A stretch of 64,000 bases of DNA, from contig CAWDEM010000008.1 in the NCBI GenBank assembly GCA_963801355.1, positions 1,248,001-1,312,000 of the forward strand. Reading direction: 5' to 3'. Origin of the DNA: Ignavibacteriota bacterium (GTDB taxonomy: Bacteria; Bacteroidota; Ignavibacteria; UBA10030; UBA6906). Made by a program: the position numbers and the translations under genes. Shown one piece after another: positions 39,308 to 49,755 of the stretch; the first letter of the stretch is position 1; each line of letters begins with the position of its first letter. The notes beneath the pieces were generated by a model, which worked only from the letters and a program-made list of their open reading frames with translations, did not search any database and had not been told where the DNA came from.

Positions 39308-42300
39308 CTAGTCTACTATAGGTTCAGCGTCTCGCCCTTCGAACCACCGGTACAGCGTGGGGAGGACCACGAGCGTGAGAAGGGTCGACGTAATGAGCCC
39401 GCCCACAACGACGGTTGCCAGGGGTCGCTGGACTTCCGAGCCGGGTCCGGTTGCGTACAACATCGGAATAAGGCTGACAATGGCAATGGAGGCAGTCATG
39501 AGCACTGACCGCAATCGATCCCGGCTCCCGCGAACCACGGCAACGTCCACCGGGACACCCTCCTGGCAGAGCTGCGAGATGTGGGAGACGAGCACCACGC
39601 CATTGAGCACCGCCACACCAAACAGGACGATGAAACCCACCGAGGCGGGAACGGAGAGATAGAGTCCGGAGATATAGAGCGCAAACACGCCCCCTATAAG
39701 GGCAAAGGGAAGATTGGTAATGACCAGCAGGGCCAGACGCAGTGATCTGAACGTCACGAATAAGAGAAGAAGAATCAATCCAATGGCAGCAGGTCCGATG
39801 ATCATCAGCTTGTTCATCGCCCGTTGCTGATTTTCAAATTGTCCGCCCCAGGTCGTATAGTAGCCCGGAGGCAGTGCAACTTTCCTCCGGATGACATCCT
39901 TTGCTTCTGCGACGTAGCTGCCGATGTCGCGGTCCGAAACGTTGATCTCAATGCCGATGAGACGATGGCCGTTTTCACGGCTCAGCTGCACGGGTCCTTC
40001 AACGACCGTTATGTCCGCCAATTGATTTAAAGGAACACTGTACCCGAGACTCGTAGCAATGAGCGTCTTGCTGATCGTTTCCACCGAGTTCCGGTATTCG
40101 ACCGGATAGCGCACCGTCACGTCGAAGGATCTGTTATCTTCATAGAGTTGAGTGGCCGCTTTGCCGCCGACTGCGATCCCGATGACGTTCTGGACATCAC
40201 GTATATTCAATCCGTGCCTGGCGATCTTTTTCCTGTCGATCTCGATCGAGAGGTATGGCTGGCCCGCAATGCGCTCTACGACCAGATCAGCTGTCCCGTC
40301 GATTTGACTGACCACCTGTCCTATCTCGCCAGCTTTCGCCTTCAGGACTTCCATATTATCTCCAAAGAGCTTGATAATGAGCTGCGCCCGCGTGCCTGCG
40401 ACGAGCTCATCAATGCGGCACTGGATGGGCTGACTGAAGCTGAATGCGATCCCGGGAATATCTGAAAGAACGCTGCGCATATTGTCGGTCATTTCGTCCC
40501 GGTCCCGTGCAGTCACCCATTCTGACCGTGGGCGAAAGATGCCAGTGAAGCCTGTCTTGTCAATTCCTCTCGCTTCGAGCGCAATCCCTGTCTGGCCGGT
40601 GCGCGACACCACCGTTACGAGTTCGGGAAATTTGCTGAGCCTCCGCTCTATAAGGTTGTTGATTTCCAGAGCCTTGTCCAGGGAGACGCCAGGGAGCAGC
40701 TGGACATCCATATCGAAGGCGCCTTCGTCCATGATTGGCATGAATTCCGTTCCGAGGGAGGGAAAGAGCGCTAGGGCGCCGGCCAGCAGGAGCATCGCCA
40801 AAGAAATGACGACTACCCGTCTGCGCATTGCCCAGGCGAGAACGGGGGCGTATGCCTTTCTGGCCCAACGCATGACGATGCTTTCCTTCTCGGCACCCGG
40901 TTTGAGCATTATTCCGCATAACACGGGGATGACAAAAATGGAAAGCACAAGGGACGAGAGCAAAGCGATGGCCACAGTCAGCGCCAGGGGACCGAACATC
41001 TTGCCTTCCAAACCTCCAAGCGAAAGAATCGGCAAGAACGTCGTGGCAATGATAATTTCACCGAAGATGCTCGGCTTCCGGACCTCCAGGACCGCCTTTA
41101 GCACGGTGGAGAGCTTGCGGCCAGTCGTGCCGGCCTCGCCGAGGTGTCGCTGGACATTTTCTACCTGAATGATTGTCGCATCGATAATCATCCCTATGGA
41201 GATTGCGAGCCCGCCGAGTGACATGAGATTTGCCGCCAGCCCAACGCTTTTCATCACGGCAAAAGTGAGCAGCAGTGATAACGGCAAGGCAAGAATCACG
41301 ACCAGGGCCCCCCGGAGACTCCTGAGCATCAGGTAGAGAATGATGACTACAAATATCGACCCTTCGATCAACGCTTTGGTAACTGTTCCGACACTGGTAC
41401 TGACGATTTCCGAGCGATCGTAGTAAGGCACGATCTTGATGCCAGGCGGCAAGATGTTGTTTTCGTTGATCTCCCTCACCTTATTCTTTATCCGTTCCAC
41501 GACTACACGGCCATTCTCTCCGCGCAGCATCATCACGATGCCCCCCACGACTTCCTTCTCCCCGTTCATGAGGGCTGCACCCTGACGGACGGCCTGCCCG
41601 ACCCGGACAGCGGCTACATCATGAAGATACACGGTCGTGCCCCCCGTGGACCGGAGCACGATGCTGCGGAGATCGTCCTCGGACGTCAATAGCCCGACTC
41701 CGCGCACGATGTATTGCTCCGCATAGCGCTCGAGAACGCTGCCGGCCGCATTCTGGTTGCTCTCCTCGACCGCCCGGTAGACTGCATCAAGCGTCACATT
41801 GTGGGATACCAGTTCCTTGGGATCGACGAGAACCTGATATTCCTTGAGGTAGCCGCCGAACGAGTTGATCTCGTTGACGCCCGGAACGCTTTTTAGCAAT
41901 GGGGCAACGACCCATTCCTGCAACGTCCGCAGATCAGATAGGTACCCGGTCTCCTCCCCCGCGTCGCCGGGCGCACCACCTTCAAGTGTGTATTGATAGA
42001 TTTCCCCCAGGGGGGTTGCAAGGGGCCCCATGCTGATCTCAACTCCCGGCGGGACACCCGATCTGGTTTCTTCCAGTCGCTCAAACACGAGCTGGCGCGC
42101 GAAGTAGATATCGACACCATCCTCAAACACGATCGTCACCACAGAGAGTCCGAACTTCGTGATCGATCGCATCTGCACCACGTCCGGAAGTCCACGCATC
42201 GACATTTCAATGGGGAATGTCACATGGCGTTCGATTTCAGGAGCTGAAAGTCCGGGGGCGTTGCTCAGGATCTCGACCTGCACATTGGACACATCTGGAA

Positions 42301-42415
42301 ACGCATCAATCGGTATTGTCATGAACGAGTAGACACCGAATGCTGCCATGATGCCAACACAGAGCAAGACAACGCTTTTGTGCCTCAGTGTCAGCCCAAT
42401 GATTCGTTCAAGCAT
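39308..42415 (-). CDS. Heavy-metal efflux RND transporter (CusA/CzcA family)
   Basis: IPIDAFPDVS, NLMSLGGLAISIGMIIDATIIQVEN, GGQFENQQRA, GSEVQRPLATVVVGG. Confidence 0.93.
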   Translation of the reverse strand: MLERIIGLTLRHKSVVLLCVGIMAAFGVYSFMTIPIDAFPDVSNVQVEILSNAPGLSAPEIERHVTFPIEMSMRGLPDVVQMRSITKFGLSVVTIVFEDGVDIYFARQLVFERLEETRSGVPPGVEISMGPLATPLGEIYQYTLEGGAPGDAGEETGYLSDLRTLQEWVVAPLLKSVPGVNEINSFGGYLKEYQVLVDPKELVSHNVTLDAVYRAVEESNQNAAGSVLERYAEQYIVRGVGLLTSEDDLRSIVLRSTGGTTVYLHDVAAVRVGQAVRQGAALMNGEKEVVGGIVMMLRGENGRVVVERIKNKVREINENNILPPGIKIVPYYDRSEIVSTSVGTVTKALIEGSIFVVIILYLMLRSLRGALVVILALPLSLLLTFAVMKSVGLAANLMSLGGLAISIGMIIDATIIQVENVQRHLGEAGTTGRKLSTVLKAVLEVRKPSIFGEIIIATTFLPILSLGGLEGKMFGPLALTVAIALLSSLVLSIFVIPVLCGIMLKPGAEKESIVMRWARKAYAPVLAWAMRRRVVVISLAMLLLAGALALFPSLGTEFMPIMDEGAFDMDVQLLPGVSLDKALEINNLIERRLSKFPELVTVVSRTGQTGIALEARGIDKTGFTGIFRPRSEWVTARDRDEMTDNMRSVLSDIPGIAFSFSQPIQCRIDELVAGTRAQLIIKLFGDNMEVLKAKAGEIGQVVSQIDGTADLVVERIAGQPYLSIEIDRKKIARHGLNIRDVQNVIGIAVGGKAATQLYEDNRSFDVTVRYPVEYRNSVETISKTLIATSLGYSVPLNQLADITVVEGPVQLSRENGHRLIGIEINVSDRDIGSYVAEAKDVIRRKVALPPGYYTTWGGQFENQQRAMNKLMIIGPAAIGLILLLLFVTFRSLRLALLVITNLPFALIGGVFALYISGLYLSVPASVGFIVLFGVAVLNGVVLVSHISQLCQEGVPVDVAVVRGSRDRLRSVLMTASIAIVSLIPMLYATGPGSEVQRPLATVVVGGLITSTLLTLVVLPTLYRWFEGRDAEPIVD

Positions 42416-42417
42416 GA

Positions 42418-43614
42418 CTATTCCCCTCCCTCAAGGACTTCCTTCATCATTTCGGATTTGAGCTGGAACGAACCTTTGGTGACGACTCGCTCTCCCGGTG
42501 TGATCCCAGTCTTCACTTCAACCATACCATCGAACGTAGCACCGAGCAAAACGTCACGGGGCTCAAATGTCGTATCACCTTTGGCCACAAACACGAACGT
42601 TCGCATGTTGTCTTTGAGAACCGCTTCAGCGGGGATGACAAGACCTTTTCCATCCCCGCCGATGGGAACATGAAGCTCGCCGAACATGTGTGGCTTCAGC
42701 CGGCCGGTGCGGTTGGGGATCGATGCCCGGATCGTCACGGCTCTACTCTGCTCATCCACAATGGGAGAAATGTAGATGATGCGACCGCGGAACTCCTCGC
42801 CCGGGAATGCGGTAACTTCAATTGTGACCTCCGGTTTCCCTGAGAGCATCGGCACATCTTTTTCGTAGACACGTCCGTCCGCCCAGAGCGTCGACGTATT
42901 GATGATCTTGAATGCCGTCGTTGACGCATCCACTAGCTGTCCGATCACGACATTTCGCTCGACCACCGTGCCCGCGATCGGAGATTTGATTGGCAGAACA
43001 CCGCTGGTGTGACTGTCCGTTTTCTCCGCCCCCGGTTCAACGGTGCTCATCAGATCATCATCGGTCAACCCGATGGAATGGATCCTCTTGTCCTCTGCGT
43101 TGAGCTCTGCCAGCGCCTTGTCGTATTCCGCCTGAGCTTCGAGGAACGCCTTCTGCGACCCGACTTTTTGCTCGACCAGTGTTTTCTGGCGCTGATAAGC
43201 CGCCTCGGTAAACTTCAGCTGCGCCATCGCCTTGATAAAGTTCGACTTGATCTGGCCGACCTCGAGACCTTCAATGTACATGAGTTCCTGGCCTTCTCTC
43301 ACAGCCTCGCCCACATGAACGAATACCTTCCGTACGCGGCCCTGGACGAGCGAGCCGACCTGAGCCTCAAGATCCTGGTTCGGAATCAGCGTGGCTGCGA
43401 CCACCATATTTCCGGTCATGGGCCTCACTTCCGCCACGGACAGCGTCAGTCCGATGTCTTTGATCGATCCGGCGCTCAGCGTCAGAGCATGTACCCCGGC
43501 ATTGCTTTCCCCGGCTTCTCCGACCACTTTGTCACGCTTATCGCCACCGCATCCGGCCACCAGAATACCCACCGCGGCCGAGAATGCCGCCAGAATCCTT
43601 AGATGACATTTCAT
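42418..43614 (-). CDS. CzcB/CusB-like periplasmic adaptor (lipoprotein)
   Basis: Lipobox VAGC, SPIAGTVVER, LKPHMF. Confidence 0.9.
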   Translation of the reverse strand: MKCHLRILAAFSAAVGILVAGCGGDKRDKVVGEAGESNAGVHALTLSAGSIKDIGLTLSVAEVRPMTGNMVVAATLIPNQDLEAQVGSLVQGRVRKVFVHVGEAVREGQELMYIEGLEVGQIKSNFIKAMAQLKFTEAAYQRQKTLVEQKVGSQKAFLEAQAEYDKALAELNAEDKRIHSIGLTDDDLMSTVEPGAEKTDSHTSGVLPIKSPIAGTVVERNVVIGQLVDASTTAFKIINTSTLWADGRVYEKDVPMLSGKPEVTIEVTAFPGEEFRGRIIYISPIVDEQSRAVTIRASIPNRTGRLKPHMFGELHVPIGGDGKGLVIPAEAVLKDNMRTFVFVAKGDTTFEPRDVLLGATFDGMVEVKTGITPGERVVTKGSFQLKSEMMKEVLEGGE

Positions 43615-43652
43615 AACCGTCAACCTCTTGTAGTGACACTATGTGTTAGCTT

Positions 43653-43732
43653 TACCTCACGATGCCCCTGCGAAGCAATCCTCTCACGCTATCCCTGTGA
43701 AACCGTCTTCTCACCTTGACCCTGCGAGGTAG
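43653..43732. repeat. Three degenerate 27-nt-period hairpin repeats between OMF and MFP genes
   Basis: ctcac-N9-g(c/t)ga(a/g) starting at 43656, 43683 and 43710. Confidence 0.75.
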
Positions 43733-45079
43733 TTATCCCCCGATTGTCCGCCCGACCATTTTTTCCAGGCGCGCAATTGCAGTGTTGTAATGATACAGCG
43801 CGTCGATATATGTGCTCCGGGCGGCAATCAACGTCTGTCGCGCTTGAAGAAATTCAATGTACGTGATCTCACCGGCTTCGTAGCTCGTGGCGGCCCCCCG
43901 GTAGACCTCTTCGGCTTGCGGCAACAGGTCGGATTGAAAGAGCTGTACCTGGCGCTCATCGTTCTTGAACTCAAGAAATGCATTCTTCACATCAAGGGTG
44001 ATGAAGTTCTCTATCATCTGGAGCTCGGATTCCAGCCTGGCATGTACTGCCGTTGCCTCCTGCACCTGCCCCCGCTGGTCGAAGAGAAACCATATAGGTA
44101 ACGACATCCCAAACGACACCCCGTACAGGGAGGAATTCCCTACCTGCGCCTGCCGGGAATACGACACATTGAAGCTCGGCAGAATGCTGGACCACGCGAT
44201 CGCACGATTTGCCGAAGCCGCGCTGAGCCTGAACGCGGCCGCTTCCAGCCGGGAGTTGGATTGACGGGCCTGTTCAATCAGCGACTCGAACGGCACGGTG
44301 ATCGGTCGGTAGGTCAGACTGTCGGTAAGGATGCTCTCCCCGCCCGGTACTTCTTCCCTGCGTCCGAGCACGTAGCTGAGCCCGCCAGCGGCAAGTCTGA
44401 GGTCGTTCCTTGCTACATCCACCGCATTCCGTGATTGCGTCAGCTGCACCTTCGCGGTCAATGATTCCAGGTGGGTTCCCTCTCCAACATTGTACCGTAT
44501 GTCGGCCTTTCTGGCGAAGTCGTCGGCAATGGCAAGGTTCTCTTCGGCGAGTTTGAGCTTCTGCTGGGCGGCCAGAACACCGAAGTAGGCTTCCTTCACC
44601 TGCATTGTGACTGCCAGCGAAGCTGTGCGGAAGTCGGCCTCTGTCGCATCGGTTTCATACGAGAGAGACGATGCGCGGAGCCCAATGGTGGTCGGGAAAT
44701 CGAACGACTGGCTAATGCCGATGACCCGCTCGCCGTAGTCCTTGATGCCGCTTCCGGTCGGTATATAGTCATAGCTCAGGGAGAGTGACGGGGGCGGAAG
44801 TGAAACACCCTGCCAGAAGCGACCCCTGGCGGCCGTGACCCCATGACGCGCACTCTGAACCTCCGGATTGCGTTGCAGTGCAATTTCGATGGCATCCTTG
44901 AGAGAGAGTCTTTCCGCCTGTTGAGGCAACGCCACCGTGTGGCTTATGAGGAGGAGGAATCCCCCCAATGACAGGCATCTCACCATTGAGGAGCTCACTA
45001 ATGAGGAGCTCACTAACCGATGCTGGCGGCTTGAATGCGGGATTCCCGGGTGCCCGGGAACGGAAAGCGCTGGAGCCAT
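43733..45079 (-). CDS. TolC/CzcC-family outer membrane factor (start may be 44986)
   Basis: LSLKDAIEIALQRNP, SYEAGEITYIEFLQA; position in the operon. Confidence 0.88.
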   Translation of the reverse strand: MAPALSVPGHPGIPHSSRQHRLVSSSLVSSSMVRCLSLGGFLLLISHTVALPQQAERLSLKDAIEIALQRNPEVQSARHGVTAARGRFWQGVSLPPPSLSLSYDYIPTGSGIKDYGERVIGISQSFDFPTTIGLRASSLSYETDATEADFRTASLAVTMQVKEAYFGVLAAQQKLKLAEENLAIADDFARKADIRYNVGEGTHLESLTAKVQLTQSRNAVDVARNDLRLAAGGLSYVLGRREEVPGGESILTDSLTYRPITVPFESLIEQARQSNSRLEAAAFRLSAASANRAIAWSSILPSFNVSYSRQAQVGNSSLYGVSFGMSLPIWFLFDQRGQVQEATAVHARLESELQMIENFITLDVKNAFLEFKNDERQVQLFQSDLLPQAEEVYRGAATSYEAGEITYIEFLQARQTLIAARSTYIDALYHYNTAIARLEKMVGRTIGG

Positions 45080-45083
45080 GAGT

Positions 45084-48000
45084 TCATCCTTCCTTCATCC
45101 ATTGTGCCATCTTGGATATCTCGAGTGTCCCTTTCTTGAGGGCATGAAGCTTCATGTACGTAAAGAGCACGGGAGTGACGACCAGGACGTGAACCGCCGA
45201 GGTCAGCAGCCCGCCGATCATGGGCGCGGCCAGCGGCTTCATCACATCCGCCCCGACACCGGTACTCCACATGATCGGGATGAGCCCGATGAGGGAGGTC
45301 CCCACCGTCATGATTTTCGGACGGAGTCTCAGGACTGATCCCTCAATGGTCGCTTCATAGATGTCCTGGGGCGTGATCGGGCCGCGTTTGCCGAGCTGGT
45401 GATCGCGCAGCCTTCTGTCGAGTGCTTCATGCAGATACACTACCATGACGACGCCGGTTTGCACAGCAAGCCCATAGAGTGCTATGAAGCCAACCCACAC
45501 TGCCACCGAGAAGTTGTAACCCAGAATATAGATCAGGTACACGCCGCCGACCAGGGCGAACGGCACAGACAGCATGACGACCCCCGCTTCGGTGAAATCC
45601 TTCGTTGTGAAGTAGAGCATGACGAAGATAATGAGGAAGACCACAGGCATCATCATTTCAAGGCGGTTCTTTGCCCTGACCTGGTTCTCCCACTGGCCGC
45701 TCCATTGCACGGTGTAACCCTGAGGAAGCGTGAGCTCCCGGGCAAGGACATCCCTTGCCTCATCCACGAAGCCACCCATATCCCGTCCCCGCACGTTCAG
45801 ATAGACGATCGAGCGCAGATGCGCATTCTCGCTGGAGATCATCGGCGGCCCGGGCACCACCGCGATAGTGGCCAGCTGCGAGAGAGGGATGTAGCTCTGC
45901 TGCGACACCGCGCTGCGGACAGTAGACCCGGATGCCGGGGAAGCAACAGGCACCACACCGATGCCTGGGCCTGCGGCCATGGTACTCCCCATTCCGGCTT
46001 GCTGCGCCGTCTGCGCATTGCCCGTGCCGTTGCCGGATGAGGCTTGCATGCCGGTACCGTACGATGGCTGTATGTCCGAACCCGAGCGACCGGCCCCCAT
46101 CGTTGAGCGACTCCCCCCCATCGTATTGACCGGCACCAACAGGTCGTTGAGCCGATCGATGTTGTCGCGCCACTCACGCGCATAGCGCACCCGAATAGGG
46201 AATCGTTCACGGCCGTCGATCACGGTGCCTATATTCTCCCCCCCGATGGCTGTTTCCACGATGTCCTGAACATCACCGACATTGATACCGTAGCGCGCCA
46301 CGGCCTTCCGGTCGATCTTGATGTCAAGGAAGAGACCTCCCTGCGTTCGTTCTGCATAGAGGTCTGCGGCACCGGGAACTTTTCGCAGGATGCGTTCGGC
46401 CTCGACGGCAAGGGCCTCCAGTGTGTCAAGGTCTTTGCCGAAGATCTTAACCCCGAGATCTGTGCGCACGCCCGTCGAGAGCATGTTGATCCGGTTGATG
46501 ATTGGCTGAGTCCACCCATTGCGCACGCCCGGAATCTGGAGCTTGGTGTCGAGCTCCGCAATGATATCATTCTTCGTGATCCCCTTTCGCCACTGGTCTT
46601 TGGGCTTCAGGAGCACGATGGATTCGATCATGCTTACCGGGGCGGGGTCTGTCGAAGTTTCAGCCTTCCCCGCTTTGCCCAGCACCTGCTGCACCTCGGG
46701 CACGGACATGATAATGGCGTCCTGTACCTGCATGACCCGGTTCACCTCCGTAATCGACGCCGACGGGAGCGTAACCGGCATGAACAGAAGACTCCCCTCG
46801 TCGAGCGGAGGCATGAACTCAGACCCCATATGCATCACCATCGGGATCGTCACGAGAAGAGCGATCACATTGATGGCAATTGTCGTCTTTCGCCACTTCA
46901 GCACCCATCGGATCACGGGAGCATACAGCCAGTTCAAGAACCTGGTAGTGGGATTCTGGTTTTCCGGGCGGAATTTCCCTCTCGTGAGCAGCACCATCAG
47001 CATTGGCACGAGTGTTATGGCGATGATCGCCGAGCCGCCCAGGACAAACGTCTTGGTAAATGCCAGCGGCCGGAACATCTTTCCTTCCTGACCCTCAAGC
47101 AAAAACACCGGAAGAAAGGAGACCACCATGATGGCCACGGCAAAGAAGATTGCCCGCCCGACCTGTTTGGCCGAGAGGATGGAGATCTCAGTGAAGTCCT
47201 TTGTTGTCAGCGCCCCCTGCTCCTCCTGCGCCCGTGCGACATTGCGGTAGGCGTTCTCCACGAGCACAATTGATGCATCCACAATGACGCCGATGGCAAT
47301 GGCAATGCCCCCGAGAGACATGATATTCGAAGTGATGCCAAATACTCTCATGCAGATGAAGGCAACGAGAACCGCGATCGGAATTTCGATAATGATCCGG
47401 AGAACACTTCGGAAATGCATCAGGAATAAGAACACGACGATACTGACGACAATACCTTCTTCGATGAGCGCGGTCGTGAGCGTCTTCACCGATGCGACGA
47501 TAATGTCGCTCCGGTCGTATGCCGGTTTGATTTCCATACCTTCGGGCAACCCGGGCGAAATTTCCCGGATGCGCTCCTTCACCCGGTCGATCACCGCCTT
47601 GGCATTCTCGCCGTACCGCATGACAACAATGCCCCCGACGACCTGCCCCTGGCCATTCTTTTCTGCAGACCCGCGACGGATGTCGCCGCCCATCTGGACG
47701 GTCCCGATATTCCGGATATAGACGGGAATCCCATCCGGTCCCGTTCCGACGACGATATTCTCAATGTCCTCGATATTCTGTATGTACCCCTGACCTCTGA
47801 CGAAGTATTCGGCATCCGACATTTCGAGGATTTTGCCGCCCACATCGTTGTTGGATCGCATGACGCCATTCTGGATGGCGGCCAGAGTGATGCCATATCC
47901 CTTCATCTTTTGCGGGTCCACATCGACCTGGTACTGTCGCACGTAACCGCCGATAGAAGCAACCTCTGCCACACCTTCGACTCCCTGCAGGTGCAGCTTC

Positions 48001-48482
48001 ACGTACCAATCTTGTGTCGCACGGAGCGTCCCGAGGTCATACTTCCCTTCAAGTGTGTACCAGAAGACGTGTCCAACGCCGGTCCCGTCGGGCCCGAGCT
48101 GCACCTTCGCCCCTTGAGGCAGGGCTGACTGCACGGTGGAGAGCTTTTCAAGCACGCGGCTCCGTGCCCAGTAGAGATCGGTGCTTTCGTTGAAAATGAT
48201 ATAGATGAACGACATGCCGAACATCGATTGGGCTCTGATTGCCGACACCTGGGGCACACCCTGGAGCGCTGTCACAAGCGGGAATGTGACCTGGTCTTCC
48301 ACCAGCTTGGGAGACCGACCCATCCACTCGGTGAATACGATGACCTGGTTTTCGGACAGGTCAGGGATAGCATCCAGGGGCGTGTGCACCACAGCCCAGA
48401 TGCCCCAGCCCACGATGATCAGGTAGAAGAGGATGACAACGAACTTGTTCCTCGCGGAGTAGTCAATTATTCTCTCAATCAT
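45084..48482 (-). CDS. cusA: Cu(I)/Ag(I) efflux RND transporter
   Basis: PLDAIPDLSENQVI, LGPDGTGVG, Met triad equivalents (EFMPPLDEG, PAPVSMIES, RINMLSTG), RLRPKIMT. Start at MIERIID. Confidence 0.93.
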   Translation of the reverse strand: MIERIIDYSARNKFVVILFYLIIVGWGIWAVVHTPLDAIPDLSENQVIVFTEWMGRSPKLVEDQVTFPLVTALQGVPQVSAIRAQSMFGMSFIYIIFNESTDLYWARSRVLEKLSTVQSALPQGAKVQLGPDGTGVGHVFWYTLEGKYDLGTLRATQDWYVKLHLQGVEGVAEVASIGGYVRQYQVDVDPQKMKGYGITLAAIQNGVMRSNNDVGGKILEMSDAEYFVRGQGYIQNIEDIENIVVGTGPDGIPVYIRNIGTVQMGGDIRRGSAEKNGQGQVVGGIVVMRYGENAKAVIDRVKERIREISPGLPEGMEIKPAYDRSDIIVASVKTLTTALIEEGIVVSIVVFLFLMHFRSVLRIIIEIPIAVLVAFICMRVFGITSNIMSLGGIAIAIGVIVDASIVLVENAYRNVARAQEEQGALTTKDFTEISILSAKQVGRAIFFAVAIMVVSFLPVFLLEGQEGKMFRPLAFTKTFVLGGSAIIAITLVPMLMVLLTRGKFRPENQNPTTRFLNWLYAPVIRWVLKWRKTTIAINVIALLVTIPMVMHMGSEFMPPLDEGSLLFMPVTLPSASITEVNRVMQVQDAIIMSVPEVQQVLGKAGKAETSTDPAPVSMIESIVLLKPKDQWRKGITKNDIIAELDTKLQIPGVRNGWTQPIINRINMLSTGVRTDLGVKIFGKDLDTLEALAVEAERILRKVPGAADLYAERTQGGLFLDIKIDRKAVARYGINVGDVQDIVETAIGGENIGTVIDGRERFPIRVRYAREWRDNIDRLNDLLVPVNTMGGSRSTMGAGRSGSDIQPSYGTGMQASSGNGTGNAQTAQQAGMGSTMAAGPGIGVVPVASPASGSTVRSAVSQQSYIPLSQLATIAVVPGPPMISSENAHLRSIVYLNVRGRDMGGFVDEARDVLARELTLPQGYTVQWSGQWENQVRAKNRLEMMMPVVFLIIFVMLYFTTKDFTEAGVVMLSVPFALVGGVYLIYILGYNFSVAVWVGFIALYGLAVQTGVVMVVYLHEALDRRLRDHQLGKRGPITPQDIYEATIEGSVLRLRPKIMTVGTSLIGLIPIMWSTGVGADVMKPLAAPMIGGLLTSAVHVLVVTPVLFTYMKLHALKKGTLEISKMAQWMKEG

Positions 48483-49716
48483 GGAGTTGGCTTTCCGAAT
48501 CGAGCATGTAGCCACCCGTTGCCGCCACCATTTCGCCTTCACGAAGCCCGTCAAGAATCTGGACGAAGGTTCCATCGCTTGTGCCCACAACGACATTCCG
48601 GGGCTCGAATACATTCGGCTTTGTCTCGATCCAGACCACATCCCGTTTCCCGGTGGAGAGAAGCGCGGATGATGGGATGACCAGTGCGTTCGGCACGGGG
48701 ATGGAGATCTCGGCCTGCATGTACATCTGCGGTTTGAGTTTTCCGCCGGTATTGTCAAGATCGACCCTGATCCGCACCGTCCGTGTCTGGGCATCGAGTG
48801 CCGGATCAATGAAGGCGACGCGTCCGGTGAAGGTTTCCCCCGGATAGGCCTCTGTGGTCATCCGGACCGTCTGACCACGCTTGATGAAACGCATATTCTT
48901 TTCGTACACGTCCAGGTACGCCCAGACTCGCGAAAGGTCCGCGAGCTGATACAGCAGCATTCCCTCATCCACGTACTGCCCTTCCTGAACATCCTTCGAA
49001 ACCACAGTGCCGTGGATGGGCGAATAGTATGTCACTGTTGAGCCGGCTTCCCGTTTTGAGGAGATGGCTTCGATCTGCTGTTGAGTCATTCCATAGTGGA
49101 TCCTGAGCCTATCCCTTGAGGCAGCAAGCAAACTCTTTTGTTGATCATCCTGACCCATACCCGTCGATTCGCGATTGACGGCATTTAGAGCGAGAAGATA
49201 CTCGCGTTGCGCGGACACCAGTTCGGGGCTGTACATTTCGAACAGAGGTTGCCCCCGGCGCACAACTTCACCCGTGAAGTTCACATACAGTTTTTCAATC
49301 CGGCCGCGAAATCGTGCGGAGACTTTCGCCTGATTGGGCTCCGCATAATCGACCAGCCCCACGGCGTTGATCTTGTGCACGAACGCACGGCGGCCGACTG
49401 GCTCGGTCGATACATTTGCCATGACACGTTGCGTCGCGGAGAGACTCACTGACTCGAGATTCCCGATCTCCCCCACCGGTACATTTTGCTGCGGCAGCCG
49501 TTTCACAAGGGTCATCCCACAAATAGGGCATGTCCCCGGCTTATCGGAGACTACCGAGGGATGCATCGGGCAGGTGTACAGTTGCTTCTGCTGTGTCCCG
49601 GCTGTTGCGACCCCGGCCTGGTCGGTATGCGCACGCCCATCGTCCTGTGTCGACCGTGAGCATCCGCCGGCACTCAGGATGAGTATCATTGCAGCAAAGG
49701 AGATAAGGTTCTTCAT
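48475..49716 (-). CDS. cusB: CusB-like adaptor with heavy-metal-binding domain
   Basis: YTCPMHP...PGTCPICGMTLV, YSPELVSAQREYL, LKPQMY. Confidence 0.9.
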   Translation of the reverse strand: MKNLISFAAMILILSAGGCSRSTQDDGRAHTDQAGVATAGTQQKQLYTCPMHPSVVSDKPGTCPICGMTLVKRLPQQNVPVGEIGNLESVSLSATQRVMANVSTEPVGRRAFVHKINAVGLVDYAEPNQAKVSARFRGRIEKLYVNFTGEVVRRGQPLFEMYSPELVSAQREYLLALNAVNRESTGMGQDDQQKSLLAASRDRLRIHYGMTQQQIEAISSKREAGSTVTYYSPIHGTVVSKDVQEGQYVDEGMLLYQLADLSRVWAYLDVYEKNMRFIKRGQTVRMTTEAYPGETFTGRVAFIDPALDAQTRTVRIRVDLDNTGGKLKPQMYMQAEISIPVPNALVIPSSALLSTGKRDVVWIETKPNVFEPRNVVVGTSDGTFVQILDGLREGEMVAATGGYMLDSESQLHD

Positions 49717-49755
49717 GGTTAGGATTCCTGTTGATGTGTGGCCGCTCCGCTAATA

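Noticed and set aside
48483-48809. N-terminal extensions in the ORF track (cusA, arsC, NTP transferase, SMP-30, ABC ATPase and others)
   Set aside because: They overlap upstream genes; internal starts with RBS or coupled stops fit the family N-termini better.
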